Assembly (NCBI GenBank): GCA_030587475.2
Contig: JAUQYZ020000253.1
Location: forward strand, 10,553-74,552
Direction of reading: 5' to 3'
Length of the DNA stretch: 64,000 nt
Origin: Candidatus Sigynarchaeum calidifontis
GTDB lineage: Archaea > Asgardarchaeota > Lokiarchaeia > Sigyniarchaeales > Sigyniarchaeaceae
The position numbers and the translations under genes are program-made. The notes below the pieces were generated by a model, which saw only the letters and a program-made list of their open reading frames with translations, did not search any database and was not told the DNA's origin. Below, one piece after another: positions 28,460 to 38,515 of the stretch. The stretch's first letter is position 1. Each line of letters starts with the position of its first letter.

Positions 28460-29482
28460 ATGAAGATGCACGTTCCTATGCCGGTTTTCAAACGCGTCGC
28501 CGTGGGCGTTCCCCACAGGATCAGTGGCTTTTTCGAGATCGTCGACAAGGGATCTGCACGTCCCAAGAACCATACCATCGATGACTTGCTGTCCATCGGC
28601 TCTCGTGGCGGGGGTCCATGCTTGTCCGAGAAGGGCATCACGACCGTCGAGATCGATGAAAAAAAAACGCCTGGCACGATCACGATACTCATAAACGGGG
28701 TTGATTACTCGTCCAACGCAAGAACGACGCTTTCCGTTCTGAAATGGATGGATGTCGACATCGCCAAGGAGCAATCGATCATCATCCGGCACGACATGCC
28801 GCTCTTGATGGGTGCGGGCTATGGCAGTTCCGGGTCAGGGGCTCTGGGCACGGCCATCGCCTTGAACGTCATGTTCGACCTGGGCTTGTCGCTCGACGAG
28901 TGCGGGAAATATGCACATGCTGCCGAAGTCGAGAATAAAACCGGCCTCGGGACTGTCGGGGGCCAGATACGAGGGGGATGCACGATCAGCATGGTACCGG
29001 GTTACCCGTTCACCATGGCATCGATAATCGTCCCGCCCAAGATCAAGATCGCTTGCGTCACTCGTGGCGGCTTGTCAACAGCAAAGATGCTCAGCGATCC
29101 TCAGATCCGCAAGAGCATCATCGAGAGCGGCAAGGTGGCCATGTCATCGATATCACGACGATTCACGATCGAAAATTTCTTGCGAACGGCCATCACGTTC
29201 GTGAATGGAACGTGGATGCGGTTCATGGAACAGCTCGACTTGGGAGCCGTCAAGAATCTCATGTCTTCGATCAACGACGACCACGCAAGGAGGCCGGTCG
29301 ATGTGCTCGGGGCTTCAATGAACCAAATGGGGAAGTCCGTGTACGTGATCTACAAGAGCTCGGTCGATGCCGAGGATTACATAGAAAAAGTTTGCATGGA
29401 TTGCGGGTTCGACGACGTGCGTTTCATGGACATCGAATGTAGTGGCCCGAGCGTTCATCGCGTCGAGTCGATCCAAAAATAA
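28460..29482 (+). CDS. pantoate kinase (GHMP family)
   Basis: VPHRISGFF, GSRGGG, GAGYGSSGSGALG, AHAAEVENKTGLGTV, ASMNQMGKSV. Confidence 0.85.
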   Translation: MKMHVPMPVFKRVAVGVPHRISGFFEIVDKGSARPKNHTIDDLLSIGSRGGGPCLSEKGITTVEIDEKKTPGTITILINGVDYSSNARTTLSVLKWMDVDIAKEQSIIIRHDMPLLMGAGYGSSGSGALGTAIALNVMFDLGLSLDECGKYAHAAEVENKTGLGTVGGQIRGGCTISMVPGYPFTMASIIVPPKIKIACVTRGGLSTAKMLSDPQIRKSIIESGKVAMSSISRRFTIENFLRTAITFVNGTWMRFMEQLDLGAVKNLMSSINDDHARRPVDVLGASMNQMGKSVYVIYKSSVDAEDYIEKVCMDCGFDDVRFMDIECSGPSVHRVESIQK

Positions 29483-29490
29483 TTGATTTT

Positions 29491-30162
29491 TTACTTGACT
29501 GGATTCCTCAGCGTGCCAATGGGCGCGATCGTGGCCTCGACGATATCGCCGGCCTGGATCGGCCCTACTCCATCCGGCGTCCCCGTAGCGATAATGTCCC
29601 CTTCTTGCAGGGTCATGTACCTCGATATAAAAGAGATCAGTCTTGAAACGGAAAAGATCATCTCCCGGGTGCTTGATTTTTGCTTGATGACACCATTAAC
29701 CTTGAGCTCGAGCGGCACGTCCCGCGGGTCGAGTTCCGCCGCGAGCACGATACACGGCCCAACGGGGCCGAACGTGTCGAGATTCTTGGAACGGAACCAT
29801 GGCCATTGCTTTGCAATGTCTCGTTTTTGCAAATCACGAGCCGTGATATCGTTGAAGATCGTATAGCCAAATACATACTCCATAGCACTTCTTTCATCGA
29901 CATCCTTGCAGTCTGCCCCGATAATGACCGCGAGCTCTATCTCGTGATCGACGCGTTCGATCCCTAGCTCTTGCTTCGGCATCACGATAGGTTGCCCGTT
30001 TGCGATCAAGCACGTTGGGGTTTTACAAAAAAACATCGGCTCTGCAGGGATTTGGCTGTCGAATTCCTTTGCATGGGCGGCATAATTCTTGCCGAGGCAG
30101 ACGATCTTCACCGGGTGAAGCCCGTAAGTCTCGTCGTGGTTTTTAATGGGAAGCTTGATCAC
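29491..30162 (-). CDS. fumarylacetoacetate hydrolase-family protein
   Basis: KIVCLGKNYAAH, DHEIELAVIIG, NDITARDLQ, DTFGPVGP, GDIIATGTP.GVG. Confidence 0.93.
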   Translation of the reverse strand: MIKLPIKNHDETYGLHPVKIVCLGKNYAAHAKEFDSQIPAEPMFFCKTPTCLIANGQPIVMPKQELGIERVDHEIELAVIIGADCKDVDERSAMEYVFGYTIFNDITARDLQKRDIAKQWPWFRSKNLDTFGPVGPCIVLAAELDPRDVPLELKVNGVIKQKSSTREMIFSVSRLISFISRYMTLQEGDIIATGTPDGVGPIQAGDIVEATIAPIGTLRNPVK

Positions 30163-30310
30163 ACTTGTTTAAATCATTGGTAGGCTTTATGCAATCAAGG
30201 TTAGATGCTCCATGTCTGGTACCCCGATCTTACAAATATACATCGCTTGACTGATCAGGGGAGGCCACGAAAGGGGAGAACGCTTGTTTTCGTGACTGGT
30301 GAAGAATACA

Positions 30311-31606
30311 ATGAGCAGCGGCAAGATCGATCATCATGATAAGAGCAGCATTGATTATTACAAAGTCAAACGGGATCTAGAAATATTAAAAAGTAAGCAT
30401 GGCTTTCACACCGAGCTTATTTCACTTTACATCCCGCCGAGCCGTCCCCTGGCTACTGTTATCGGGTACTTGCGCAACGAGATATCTGAATCGTCGAACA
30501 TAAAGTCGAAGAGCACGCGGCAGATGGTGACCGATGCCATCACGTCGCTTATTGCACGGCTCAAGATCATCTCCGACAGCAAGGTGCAATCCGAGACGGG
30601 CTTTATTCTCTTCGATGGTTTCATCCCGGTTCATGGTCCCGGCTCGGAGAAGGAGGAACAGTATGTCATCATCCCACCAGAACCCGTCCGGACGTTCATT
30701 TACCACTGTGCTTCTGAATTTCTCACCGGCCCGCTCGAGGAAATGCTGGTCGACAAGTCCACGATCGGGATCATCTCGATCGAGCGCAACGAAAGCGCCA
30801 TCGGCACGCTGCGGGGTAAGCACGTGCAAATCCTTGATGTTATGACATCGGGGATCCATGGCAAGCACAGGGCGGGTGGGCAGTCCCAGCACAGGTTCGA
30901 GAGACTTATCGAGGAGGCAGCACGCGAGTTCTACAAGCGCGTGGGAGATCATGCGAACACGATCTTTGGTGAAATAAAGGAACTCGATGGCATCCTCATC
31001 GGCGGGCCTGGCCTCACGAAACAAGAGTTTCTCGAGGGCCCATTCATGCGCGACGAGCTCAAGGCAAAGGTGCTCAAGCCCCTTATCGATACCGATGGCG
31101 GCGGCGAGACAGGCGTGCGCTCCTTGCTGTACAAGGCCCAGGACTTGTTGCGCGATACCGAGTTCATGAAAGAGAGAAAGGTGATCGATAAGTTCATGGA
31201 TCACGTGGCACGCGATACCGGGCTGATCATCTACGGTTTGCGCGAGACGATCGACGCGCTGAACAATTCCGCGGTGGAGGTCTTGCTACTCAGCGAGGGG
31301 CTCAACAAGGTTCGCGTGTCCCGGGTGTGCAACGGTTGCAACAAGGAAACAGACCTGTTCGTTTCCACCATCGAGGTCGATAAAAAAATCGACGAATTGC
31401 GCACCGGCGAGTGCCCTGAATGCAAGACCGGCTTCGTGAATTCGAAAATCGAGAAGCAAGACGCGATCGAGTATCTCGGCGATTTGGCGAGCAAGTCCGG
31501 GGCCACGGTTCGCATGATCTCCACGGCGACCGAGCAAGGAAAGGTACTTCACGATACGTTCGGCGGTATAGCGGGTTTCCTGCGATACAAGTACAACGCG
31601 GCTTGA
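30311..31606 (+). CDS. prf1: peptide chain release factor aRF1
   Basis: TELISLYIPP, NIKS, YHC, GKHRAGGQSQHRFER, GGPG.TK, CxxC...CxxC minidomain, FGGIAGFLRY. Confidence 0.96.
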   Translation: MSSGKIDHHDKSSIDYYKVKRDLEILKSKHGFHTELISLYIPPSRPLATVIGYLRNEISESSNIKSKSTRQMVTDAITSLIARLKIISDSKVQSETGFILFDGFIPVHGPGSEKEEQYVIIPPEPVRTFIYHCASEFLTGPLEEMLVDKSTIGIISIERNESAIGTLRGKHVQILDVMTSGIHGKHRAGGQSQHRFERLIEEAAREFYKRVGDHANTIFGEIKELDGILIGGPGLTKQEFLEGPFMRDELKAKVLKPLIDTDGGGETGVRSLLYKAQDLLRDTEFMKERKVIDKFMDHVARDTGLIIYGLRETIDALNNSAVEVLLLSEGLNKVRVSRVCNGCNKETDLFVSTIEVDKKIDELRTGECPECKTGFVNSKIEKQDAIEYLGDLASKSGATVRMISTATEQGKVLHDTFGGIAGFLRYKYNAA

Positions 31607-31707
31607 TCTCGCGTCAATTGGTTTTTTATTCCGTCATTAAACGCGGAAATCGTCCATGCCGTGTTATATCTTGTCAACGTAAATAGATGCGGGTCAATGG
31701 CCATTGC

Positions 31708-32814
31708 TCACTTGGCAACTCGAGGCACGAGCCCGGCACCGAGTAACATGTCCAGCACGACTATGGCCGCGGCGTGCTCGATGACAGGCACGGCGCGGGG
31801 CACGATGCACGGGTCGTGACGCCCCTCGTATTCGAGATCGATGGGCGTCTTCGTTGACATGTCGACGCTCTTCTGATTCTTGCCGATGGATGACGTCGGC
31901 TTGATCACGACACGAAACACGACGGGCGCGCCGGTCGTGATCCCACCGAGGATCCCACCCGCGTTGTTGGTCACGGGATAAACGTGCTTGGTGGCATTGA
32001 TCTCGTAAGGATCGTTATTTTCTGAGCCTTTCATGCGCGCTGCGGTAAAGCCCGCCCCGAACTCGATGCCCTTCACGGCACCGACGGAAAACATCATGGC
32101 TGCAATTTGGCTCTCGACCGAGCTGAAAAACGGATCACCGAGACCGCCCGGCAATCCGTCGATGATACACTCGACAATACCACCGACGGAATCCTTATCT
32201 TTTCCCGCTTGCTCGATGGCCGCAACCATCTTCTTCGCCACGCCTGAGTCGTAGCAACGCACCGGGTTCGATTCGGTCTTTTCACGCATAACTTTCAAAT
32301 CGACCGCACCATCGTACGCGATTCCCGCGATCTCGCGCGCGTGGGCGCCGATGATGACGGGAACGACTTTTTTATATATCTGTGATGCAACCGCGCCGGC
32401 CATAACGAGCCCCGCGGTGAGCCGACCGGAAAATCTGCCCGATCCCCGGTAATCATTGAACCCGCCGTATCGCAGCAAGGCAGTGTAATCCGCGTGACCG
32501 GGACGCAAGATATCCTTGAATTTCTCGTAAGACGACGAATCTGCGTCCTTATTCCACGTCACGATGGTTACCGGCGCCCCGGTTGTCCTCCCCTTGAACA
32601 AGCCCGACAAGCACTCGACGAAATCCTCCTCGGCACGGCTGGTCGTGACCTTGCTCTGCCCGGGCTTGCGCCGTGCCATCTCCGTGTTGACGTTCTCGAT
32701 GTCGATCGGGTATCCTGCCGGCACGCCGTCGAGAACGACGCCGACCAAGCGCCCGTGGCTCTCGCCCAGGATCGTGACGACGAAATTGTTGCCGAAGCTG
32801 TTCGGTGGACTCAT
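31708..32814 (-). CDS. aroC: chorismate synthase
   Basis: GESHG, RRKPGQS, RPGHADY, NNAGGILGGITTG, KPTSSI, GRHDPCI.PRA. Confidence 0.96.
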   Translation of the reverse strand: MSPPNSFGNNFVVTILGESHGRLVGVVLDGVPAGYPIDIENVNTEMARRKPGQSKVTTSRAEEDFVECLSGLFKGRTTGAPVTIVTWNKDADSSSYEKFKDILRPGHADYTALLRYGGFNDYRGSGRFSGRLTAGLVMAGAVASQIYKKVVPVIIGAHAREIAGIAYDGAVDLKVMREKTESNPVRCYDSGVAKKMVAAIEQAGKDKDSVGGIVECIIDGLPGGLGDPFFSSVESQIAAMMFSVGAVKGIEFGAGFTAARMKGSENNDPYEINATKHVYPVTNNAGGILGGITTGAPVVFRVVIKPTSSIGKNQKSVDMSTKTPIDLEYEGRHDPCIVPRAVPVIEHAAAIVVLDMLLGAGLVPRVAK

Positions 32815-32909
32815 CTATATTTATCACCACGCGGCTCGCACGCCGCACTCTTGGATGATGTAGTCACCGCGCAAGAAAAATATCTATCGACCTCCTTGGT
32901 CTTATCATC

Positions 32910-34202
32910 GTGACTGGTAAAGCTGCCCCGATAGAGATCCCTTGCCTGAAGGCACCTTTCGACGCACGCATACACGTGCCGGGATCCAAGTCGATCACGA
33001 ACCGGGCACTCCTCATCGCCGCATTAGCTAGCGGTACATCGATATTAAGGAATGTTTTGTTCAGTGATGACACGGAATACATGATCAAGGCGCTGGTCAA
33101 GCTAGGCATCATCTTGGACATCGATCGCGAGCAAAACGTGATCGTGGTTCACGGCAAGGGTGGTGAACTCACCGTCCCGCCCGACCCGATCTACATCGGC
33201 AATTCCGGGACGTGCGCGCGGTTCCTCACGACGGCAGTCGCGCTCGGCCATGGTAGATACGTGATCGACGGGAACGAGCGCATGCGCCAGCGCCCCATCC
33301 AAGATCTCGTCGACGGCCTCAAGGGACTTGGCGTCGCCGTGACGACCATCGACAACACGGGATGCCCGCCGCTAACGGTCGATGCAAGCGGCTTGCGAGG
33401 CGGAAGGACGACCGTCTCCGGTTCCACGTCGTCCCAGTACTTGTCTTCCATCTTGCTGTCTGCCCCTTACGCGAGCTCGCAAGTGACGATCAATATCAAG
33501 GGGAAGATGGTGTCGCGGCCATACGTGGTCATGTCCGCGAGAATGATGCAGCAGTTCGGCGCTCGCGTGAGCTGGACGGATGACCACGAGATCACGGTCT
33601 TCACGGACAAGAAATACACAGGACGCGAATACACGATCGAGTCGGATTACTCGAGCGCATCATATTTTGCGGGGGCGGCCGCGCTCGGCGGGGGGCACAT
33701 CGTGCTCACGCGCTTGCCGGCGGATTCACTGCAAGGCGATGCCGCTTTCATTGATATACTCGGGCAGATGGGGGCACGTGTGGTACAACACGATGACGCG
33801 GTCGAGGTAACGGGCACGGGCACGCTTACTGGGGTTGACGTCGACATGTACGAATGTTCCGACCTCGTGCCGACCGTGGCGGTGCTCGGTGCCTTCGCCA
33901 GCGGCAAGACCCGCATCACCAACGTGGAGAACATTCGCGTGAAGGAATCGGACCGCATCACCGCGATCACGACGGAACTCAAGAGGATCGGCGCGCAGGT
34001 GGTGGAATTCAAGGACGGGCTCGAGGTCGAAGGAGGTAAGCCGCTCCATGGCGCGTCGATCAAGACTTATGACGACCACCGCATCGCCATGGCTTTTTCG
34101 CTTGCTGGTCTGAAGGTAAAAGGCATCAAGATCGAGGATCCCGGCTGCGTCGCGAAGACCTACCCGACATTTTTCGAGGAACTCCTGAAGATAGCCCACT
34201 GA
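32910..34202 (+). CDS. aroA: 3-phosphoshikimate 1-carboxyvinyltransferase (EPSP synthase)
   Basis: PGSKSITNRAL, GNSGTCARF, RMRQRPI, SSQYLS, RVKESDRI, DDHRIAMAF, KTYPTFF. Confidence 0.96.
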   Translation: MTGKAAPIEIPCLKAPFDARIHVPGSKSITNRALLIAALASGTSILRNVLFSDDTEYMIKALVKLGIILDIDREQNVIVVHGKGGELTVPPDPIYIGNSGTCARFLTTAVALGHGRYVIDGNERMRQRPIQDLVDGLKGLGVAVTTIDNTGCPPLTVDASGLRGGRTTVSGSTSSQYLSSILLSAPYASSQVTINIKGKMVSRPYVVMSARMMQQFGARVSWTDDHEITVFTDKKYTGREYTIESDYSSASYFAGAAALGGGHIVLTRLPADSLQGDAAFIDILGQMGARVVQHDDAVEVTGTGTLTGVDVDMYECSDLVPTVAVLGAFASGKTRITNVENIRVKESDRITAITTELKRIGAQVVEFKDGLEVEGGKPLHGASIKTYDDHRIAMAFSLAGLKVKGIKIEDPGCVAKTYPTFFEELLKIAH

Positions 34203-34443
34203 TCCGGGCGACGCGCCATTGTATCTCGCAATGGCGGCCGATCCTTTCGGGATCGACGTCGTCATCCCCGTCGTATAAACCGATCTTGGCTATGGGAGGG
34301 TTTTATGTGGAAGAAAGGCACCCACTCGCCATTCCTATTTAAAGATATAGCTCCGGGGACAACGGTTCATAATACTATTGCGATAATTTAATAAGCATGT
34401 ATTTGCCTTACTACATCTGCACAGATTACAAGTATGAATCAAG

Positions 34444-34710
34444 GTGGACAAAACCATGATGCGAATCGAACTTGATCAGAAAATGATGAAATCGATAGAT
34501 CTGCTGGTATCCGCAATAGGGACACTTGGATTGTTCGTCTTAATTAGCCTCACGTTCCTTCTTGGGTTGCACGGGCAATTTATTATCTACACGCTGCTGC
34601 CCTCGATTGCGGGCATCATGGGATGGAAGGGTATTTATTTCCTTTACCGCTCCCGGATGAAAGCTCCACACGTGCAAGCGGTAAACTGCCCTTGCCCTGA
34701 ATGCGCGTGA
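34444..34710 (+). CDS. small 2-TM membrane protein with a C-terminal CxCxxC
   Basis: Two hydrophobic helices, ends NCPCPECA; AT-rich upstream region. Confidence 0.55.
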   Translation: MDKTMMRIELDQKMMKSIDLLVSAIGTLGLFVLISLTFLLGLHGQFIIYTLLPSIAGIMGWKGIYFLYRSRMKAPHVQAVNCPCPECA

Positions 34711-34738
34711 TCACGCGAGCTCCAGGTTTCTCCTTTTT

Positions 34739-35374
34739 TCAATGGATCAGCATGTCGATCCACGTGAACAAGACATTCCACAGCGGGTACGTCACGTAAA
34801 TGGTCAGCAAGAAGACACCGAACCCGCTGGCAAACCCGCCAATCACGTCTGTCGGGTAATGCACGCCCACGTACACTCTCGATATGGCGACGAGAACGCC
34901 CATCAGTATCAAGAGGGGCAGCATCCAATACCATGCGCTCGCATCGAAAAATCTTGTCATGAGCATCGTGAGCAAGAGCATGTTCGACAAGAAGAATTGC
35001 ACGTGACCAGAAGGAAAAGAAGGTCCTTTAAAAAAACGTGCCGATGTCCTGATTGTCACGTTTTCGAGCACGTGACAAGGGCGAATGCGGTAGAATTTCA
35101 TCTTGACGGCAAGCACTGCGAGGAGACTCGAGATGTTTGCGACCGCATATTTCACGAACGCCCACGCGAACGGGACATGACCGAATGCCGCGACGAAGAA
35201 CATGACCATCATGAGCACCGCCCACGTCGGGCTCGATGCAACGTGCGTGTAATGTTTTAAAAAACCAGCCGCCTTACTTGTCCACCCGTTGATGCGCCGG
35301 AACCACTTTAAATCCCATGCTCGAACGCGAGCGATAAACGTGGCGACCTTAGACTGCGGTGCCTGCTCGGCCAC
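34739..35374 (-). CDS. PAP2-family membrane phosphatase
   Basis: KMKFYRIRP, SFPSGH, SRVYVGVHYPTDV..G. Confidence 0.92.
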   Translation of the reverse strand: MAEQAPQSKVATFIARVRAWDLKWFRRINGWTSKAAGFLKHYTHVASSPTWAVLMMVMFFVAAFGHVPFAWAFVKYAVANISSLLAVLAVKMKFYRIRPCHVLENVTIRTSARFFKGPSFPSGHVQFFLSNMLLLTMLMTRFFDASAWYWMLPLLILMGVLVAISRVYVGVHYPTDVIGGFASGFGVFLLTIYVTYPLWNVLFTWIDMLIH

Positions 35375-35438
35375 GGGGATTGTCCACCTCTATTGACAAG
35401 TAAAAAGGAAAAAGAGAATCGGGATCAAGGCGATGGTC

Positions 35439-36821
35439 CTACAACTGGTCGATGGATATTATTTTGATCCCTTCCGCTTTTGAAATGTTGCCGATACGTG
35501 TTCCGACGATGGTTTTTACGCCGGATTGGATCGACGCGTCCAGTAACCGCTGGCTGATGATGCCATCGAACAAGATGTGACGAACTTTGCCACCCTCCTT
35601 TTGTAGCTCGTCGACTATCACCGACGTGGGAACCTCCTTAACGGAGTTGAGGCCCTCATCGTAAAAAATAGCTTTGGTCGTGCCGAGGACACCTTTACTC
35701 GCTGCCTTGATGGGATCGGGCACGTCGGAGGGGGAGGCGATCTGCAGCGGCGTCGGTGACGATACGGCCCTGGACGGGTACGAGTGCCGCTCGCCGAGGT
35801 CGGAGCGGTCGCCTCGCTCGCCACGCTTGGGGCGCTCGAACTTTTTCGGTTTCTTCGTGGGTGGAGCCTTCGACTTTATCCCGCGTTTCTGCCGTGCCTC
35901 TTTCTGCGGAGGAGCATGCTCGCGCTCCCTCTCGCGGTCGAAGCCGGGTTTTTTCCCTTCCAAGCTCGACGTGAAACTTGCCGCGTTGGCGGGCTTGTTG
36001 TTGATGTACGGCACCTTGGCTTGGAGCGTCCGCAAGAGATCCTTTTTCGTGATTTCCTCGACCTCCTTGCCTTCAGGAGCCCTGGCCACGAAATCGATTT
36101 TACCGACTTGAAGCAGCTCGTTGAGGATCATGTCGCCGCCGCGATCCCCGTCGAGTAGCGCGATCGTCGTTTTTTTCTTGCTCAGCTCAGCCACGGTCTT
36201 CGGGACACTCGTGCCGTTCGTCGCGATCGCGTTTTTCACGCCGATCTCGAGCAATCGCAATATGTCGGCCCGCCCCTCGGTGATGATGATCGTGTCTGAA
36301 GTATCGATTTCGGGGCCCGCCGGGAGCTTTTCCTCGCCGTAGGCCACGATTTCCTCCGCCAAGCGTGACTGGCTCACCTTATCGGTAATCTCCTGGGTCT
36401 CGGGTGATACCTCGAGATCCCATTTCTGGAGTAACTGGGTCGCCCGGTCGATGATCTTATCGCGTTTCGTCTTCCGGACGTCTTCAAGGCTTTCCAGCTT
36501 GAACGCGGCCATGCACGGGCCGACCCGGTCGACCGTCTCGATCGTTGCCGCGAGGATCGCCGTCTCGACCCGGTCGAGCGAGCTCGGGATCGTGATCTTC
36601 CCTTTCGTGATGCCGTTCTCGCTGGTCATCTCCACGTTGATGCGACCGATGCGACCGCTCTTTTGCAAATCCCTGATATCGAGTTCTTCACCGAGCAAGC
36701 CTTCAGTCTGTCCAAATATCGCCCCGACGACGTCACTCTTTTCGACGACGCCTTGGATCTCGAACGACGCGGAGATCTCGTATTTTACTGTGCTGAATTC
36801 CTGGAATTGCTTGTCTGACAT
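35439..36821 (-). CDS. dnaG: archaeal DnaG (TOPRIM, exosome-associated)
   Basis: VEKSDVVGAIFGQTEGLLGEELD.RDLQKSGRIGRI, ETVDRVGPC, EGRAD, DGDRGG, FDGIISQRLLD. Confidence 0.95.
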   Translation of the reverse strand: MSDKQFQEFSTVKYEISASFEIQGVVEKSDVVGAIFGQTEGLLGEELDIRDLQKSGRIGRINVEMTSENGITKGKITIPSSLDRVETAILAATIETVDRVGPCMAAFKLESLEDVRKTKRDKIIDRATQLLQKWDLEVSPETQEITDKVSQSRLAEEIVAYGEEKLPAGPEIDTSDTIIITEGRADILRLLEIGVKNAIATNGTSVPKTVAELSKKKTTIALLDGDRGGDMILNELLQVGKIDFVARAPEGKEVEEITKKDLLRTLQAKVPYINNKPANAASFTSSLEGKKPGFDREREREHAPPQKEARQKRGIKSKAPPTKKPKKFERPKRGERGDRSDLGERHSYPSRAVSSPTPLQIASPSDVPDPIKAASKGVLGTTKAIFYDEGLNSVKEVPTSVIVDELQKEGGKVRHILFDGIISQRLLDASIQSGVKTIVGTRIGNISKAEGIKIISIDQL

Positions 36822-37462
36822 TTGTCATTACACCGTCGCATGCACGGCGGCCTGCAAACCGAAAAAAACATGCAATTCCCGCACCCACGCGGCATCCATT
36901 CGAAGACGGGCTAGCTCGCCTGGTCACGCTAGCCCCGGGATGCTTTTCCCCGCCTTTCAGAGCGAGGCCAACAATGCTCATCTTTCATAAACTTGCACGC
37001 GAGGACTATTCTTCTACCGCGTTTGTATTGATTCCGTGAAACAACATGTGGTGTTGGCGTGAATCAAGTAAACGTGATGGGATGTGTCGAATGTGAGTAA
37101 TTATCGGGAATTGGTGTTTTTTATTCGGATATTCGATCCGTCTGCAAATTCTTTGTGTTTGTTATTGTTTTATCGAACCGTTTTCTGGGTTCCACGAGTA
37201 ATCGTGAATATGACTGTATGCACGATGATTTAACGTGATTCGGGTGAGGGATTTACCTTTGTCTTGGGGAATCCCTACGTGGGTATATAATAAACAAATA
37301 TACATAAACATTGGTTTGATCAAAACATCGCGGCCACGACTCCCGCGAAGATATCCCGAATTCGATACCTTTAACTCGACAACGAGATTCCAGGATCCTA
37401 GCCAGATATCATCAAGAATTGCCAGGACAAGCATTTTCACGCGGGTCATTTTCGTGATCTCC

Positions 37463-38488
37463 ATGTCTCCAAAATTGATATTTTTCGGCGGCAAGGGTGG
37501 CGTCGGGAAATCGACGACATCAGCAGCAACGGCCGTTTATCTCGCCAAGCTTAGGCCCGATAAGAAAATTTTTCTCATTAGTTTTGATATCGCCCATAAT
37601 TTAGGAGACCTGTTTAACATGGAGATCGGGGATAAGATCACCCAGGTTTTGCCGAATTTATGGGCGATGGAACCGGATGCCGAGCGATATACCGAGGATT
37701 TTGTCAAGGTGTTCGTCGAGAAAGCGAAAAAACTCGCCCTCGACATGCCACTGGTGAAGAAACTCACGAACCTGGAGCAGTATATCGAAGAAAGCTTTTC
37801 CGCTGCATCAATCCCACTCGCAGTGAAGAATTCTATCTTTTTTGACCAGATCTTGGAATCAGAAAATGATTTTGACATGTTTATCGTCGACATGCCGCCT
37901 ACAGGCAACATGGTCTCGATCTTCGAGGTTCCAAAGACGACAATGCAGGTTTTCTTGAAGAGCACGCTGGAGACCATGGACAAGGTGCTAGAGTTCGTCG
38001 CGGCCATGCGCAGGCTGAATCCGGCAAATTGGTTCCGTCCTGGTGCAACCGAGCGGCGAAAGAATCAGGCAGCCGAGCTCCTTGGGATGCTCAAGGAACT
38101 CGACCGGCGCAACGATCACATCATGCGCATGCTCAAGACCATGTCGTCTCTCCGTTTCGTGACCATCGCCGAGCGTCCGAGCTACGAGGAGATCCGGCGT
38201 GCTGCCGATCTCGTGAAAAAATACGTGCCGCTCGACGGCGTGGTCATCAACAAGTTGAACCACGAAGGAATCGATTGCAAGTATTGTGCCACGGAGACCG
38301 TCCACCAGAAGAAATATGTCAAGTTGATCGAGGAGGACGAACACTTCAGGGGCAAAAAAATATGGCAAACCTGGCGCATGGAGGACGAGGTTATCGGGAT
38401 CGACAAGCTCGAGGAATTTGCCAAGTCATTGTACAAGGACGACACGTTCGAGATGATCCTTCGCCCGTCGCGACCAGGCGACGTTTGA
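37463..38488 (+). CDS. ArsA/Get3 (TRC40)-family ATPase
   Basis: FGGKGGVGKST, SFDIAHNLGD, VDMPPTG, VINKL, CKYC; start at ATG 37463. Confidence 0.88.
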   Translation: MSPKLIFFGGKGGVGKSTTSAATAVYLAKLRPDKKIFLISFDIAHNLGDLFNMEIGDKITQVLPNLWAMEPDAERYTEDFVKVFVEKAKKLALDMPLVKKLTNLEQYIEESFSAASIPLAVKNSIFFDQILESENDFDMFIVDMPPTGNMVSIFEVPKTTMQVFLKSTLETMDKVLEFVAAMRRLNPANWFRPGATERRKNQAAELLGMLKELDRRNDHIMRMLKTMSSLRFVTIAERPSYEEIRRAADLVKKYVPLDGVVINKLNHEGIDCKYCATETVHQKKYVKLIEEDEHFRGKKIWQTWRMEDEVIGIDKLEEFAKSLYKDDTFEMILRPSRPGDV

Positions 38489-38515
38489 AGTTACGTGAAG
38501 TCAAGGTAAAGGAGC

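Noticed and set aside
37235-37462. Long N-terminal extension of the Get3-like ORF
   Set aside because: The family begins just before the P-loop, and the extension covers AT-rich promoter-like DNA.
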